64,000 nt of DNA. Source: an uncultured Alphaproteobacteria bacterium. GTDB taxonomy: Bacteria > Pseudomonadota > Alphaproteobacteria > Rs-D84. The stretch's first letter is position 1; the number at the start of each line of letters is the position of its first letter. The notes under the pieces were generated by a model. The model did not search any database, had not been told where the DNA came from, and was given only the letters and a program-made list of their open reading frames with translations. Position numbers and translations under genes: made by a program. This document shows positions 62,923 to 64,000 of the stretch, one piece after another. The stretch spans positions 74,966 through 138,965 of the forward strand of contig CAMRWN010000001.1 of NCBI GenBank assembly GCA_947054455.1. Direction: 5' to 3'.

Positions 62923-63669
62923 TTATTCGGTACGCGCAACGCGACAAAATGTCAAACCGTAAACAGCCGACGCGCCCGAACGATGCAACACACGGTATAA
63001 TTCGTAAAACGTTGCACCGGTCGTCATAACGTCGTCAACCAGCAATATGCGTTTCCCACGGATTTTGTCGGGATTGACAACCTCGAACACACCGCGGATG
63101 TTTTCAGCGCGTTGGCGCGCGTTTTTATGTCCCATGTCTTCGCGGTAAATTCTGCGCACGGATTCCAAATCCATGGGAACACCCATTGCGCGTGCAATCG
63201 GCCGCGCCAGCAATGTCGCCTGATTATAACCGCGGTGCCGCAATCTGCGCCCGGCCAGCGGCACAGGCATTATAACATCCGGCGAAATATCCGCATCACG
63301 CAGCGCCCAAATCATCCCGCGCGACATAAATCGGGCATACTGTATCCGACCGCCGTGCTTGAACGGCAGCATGGACGCCCGCGAAGCATCGTCGTAAACG
63401 CACGCGCTGCGTATCAAATCCATCGGACATGCGCCGGACGCGCATGCAGGACACACCGGCAATGCCCCCGGTTCAAACCCGCCCGCAACCGGATATCCGC
63501 AACGCGCGCAATGCATATCACCAATCCAGTTGAACGCCGTCCAGCAATCACCGCACAGTTCGCCATGCACGGACACCGGCGCCGCGCAAAGTGGACACGC
63601 AGTCGGAAACAAAAATTCAACCAATGATTTTCCAATTCCCAAAATGCGGGATTTTAAAATGTTTACCAA
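62923..63669 (-). CDS. comF: ComF-family protein (phosphoribosyltransferase-domain competence protein)
   Basis: It has an N-terminal double zinc ribbon (CPLCAAPV...CGDCW...CARCGYPV...CPAC) and a C-terminal PRTase motif (ILLVDDVMTTGAT). Confidence 0.8.
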   Translation of the reverse strand: MVNILKSRILGIGKSLVEFLFPTACPLCAAPVSVHGELCGDCWTAFNWIGDMHCARCGYPVAGGFEPGALPVCPACASGACPMDLIRSACVYDDASRASMLPFKHGGRIQYARFMSRGMIWALRDADISPDVIMPVPLAGRRLRHRGYNQATLLARPIARAMGVPMDLESVRRIYREDMGHKNARQRAENIRGVFEVVNPDKIRGKRILLVDDVMTTGATFYELYRVLHRSGASAVYGLTFCRVARTE

Positions 63670-64000
63670 GACATGCTCTTGTATGATTTCTTGCCGACAG
63701 TGTCGCCGAACATGTTTCGCTGACGTTGGGTAAGGGTTTCATACTGGTCGCTGGAAATGATGCGCAGGACGAACCCCTCCTCGTCGCGGGCGGACAAAAC
63801 GGGCATTATGCGCTGCTCGGAAACACCGGTATCGCGCAATACCTGTTCCACAATCGCCAGGCGGCGCGCCGCCAGTTTACGTTCATCCATGTTTTTGGTT
63901 GCGTTCTGCGGAATCGAAACCTGAATTGCGCGCTTGGGATTGCTGACAACAATTGACGCATATTCCGAAAGCAAATTGTAATTATCGCGCGACAGGGCCG
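63663..64000 (-). CDS. Hypothetical protein, 3' portion only (the ORF runs to the window end with no start visible)
   Basis: The reading frame is open from 63663 to the window edge. Weak OmpA-C-like pattern. It overlaps the comF start. Confidence 0.3.
   Translation of the reverse strand, partial: ALSRDNYNLLSEYASIVVSNPKRAIQVSIPQNATKNMDERKLAARRLAIVEQVLRDTGVSEQRIMPVLSARDEEGFVLRIISSDQYETLTQRQRNMFGDTVGKKSYKSMSW

Noticed and set aside
1-64000. Insertion sequences, transposases, integrases or prophage genes flanking the T4SS loci or the tRNA-bounded island
   Set aside because: No DDE transposase, tyrosine or serine recombinase, or phage structural ORFs were recognisable in any frame. The island and T4SS loci therefore appear to lack mobility genes.

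Overview
This 64-kb window looks like a high-GC (~58-60%) alphaproteobacterial chromosome segment; the alpha-specific GapR/DUF2312 protein is present. It mixes housekeeping genes with components of a P-type (VirB-like) type IV secretion system split across two loci. The window opens on the minus strand with the conserved ribosomal/transcription cluster rpoB(partial)-rplL-rplJ-rplA-rplK-nusG-secE-tRNA-Trp. Directly beside it sits a virB8-virB9-virB10 operon with no virB11/virD4; the VirB9 and VirB10 homologues carry unusual C-terminal extensions, a SPOR-like domain and a ~200-aa Cys-rich tail respectively. Housekeeping follows: yidC, lspA, a Kef-type antiporter, rsmA, recR, a DacA-SPOR fusion, pyk, gapR, an RNHCP protein, comEC, truA, fmt, def, rmuC, a MarR-TolC-MFP-RND efflux operon, gyrA and rpmH. 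An AT-rich ~3.6-kb island (33.4-37 kb) bounded by tRNA-Gln and tRNA-Glu encodes a secreted trypsin-like (S1) protease and several secreted or hypothetical proteins. The second T4SS locus is a block of five tandem VirB6/TrbL-like paralogues (46.9-53.5 kb), one divergent and four translationally coupled, the Rickettsiales rvh-like signature. It is followed by uvrD and dnaQ, a 743-aa secreted Cys-rich protein, an acyl-ACP thioesterase, valS, a DUF2147 protein and comF. The most striking signal is sequence-level. An exact 11-mer extended -10 element, TGTGATATAAT, or a one-mismatch variant recurs immediately upstream of the virB6 paralogues, two secreted-protein genes, a hypothetical gene and a secreted tandem-repeat-protein operon. 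In five cases it sits 8-10 nt from the start codon, predicting leaderless mRNAs. This points to an uncharacterised, co-regulated T4SS/secretome regulon. No CRISPR arrays, insertion-sequence elements or rRNA genes were seen.
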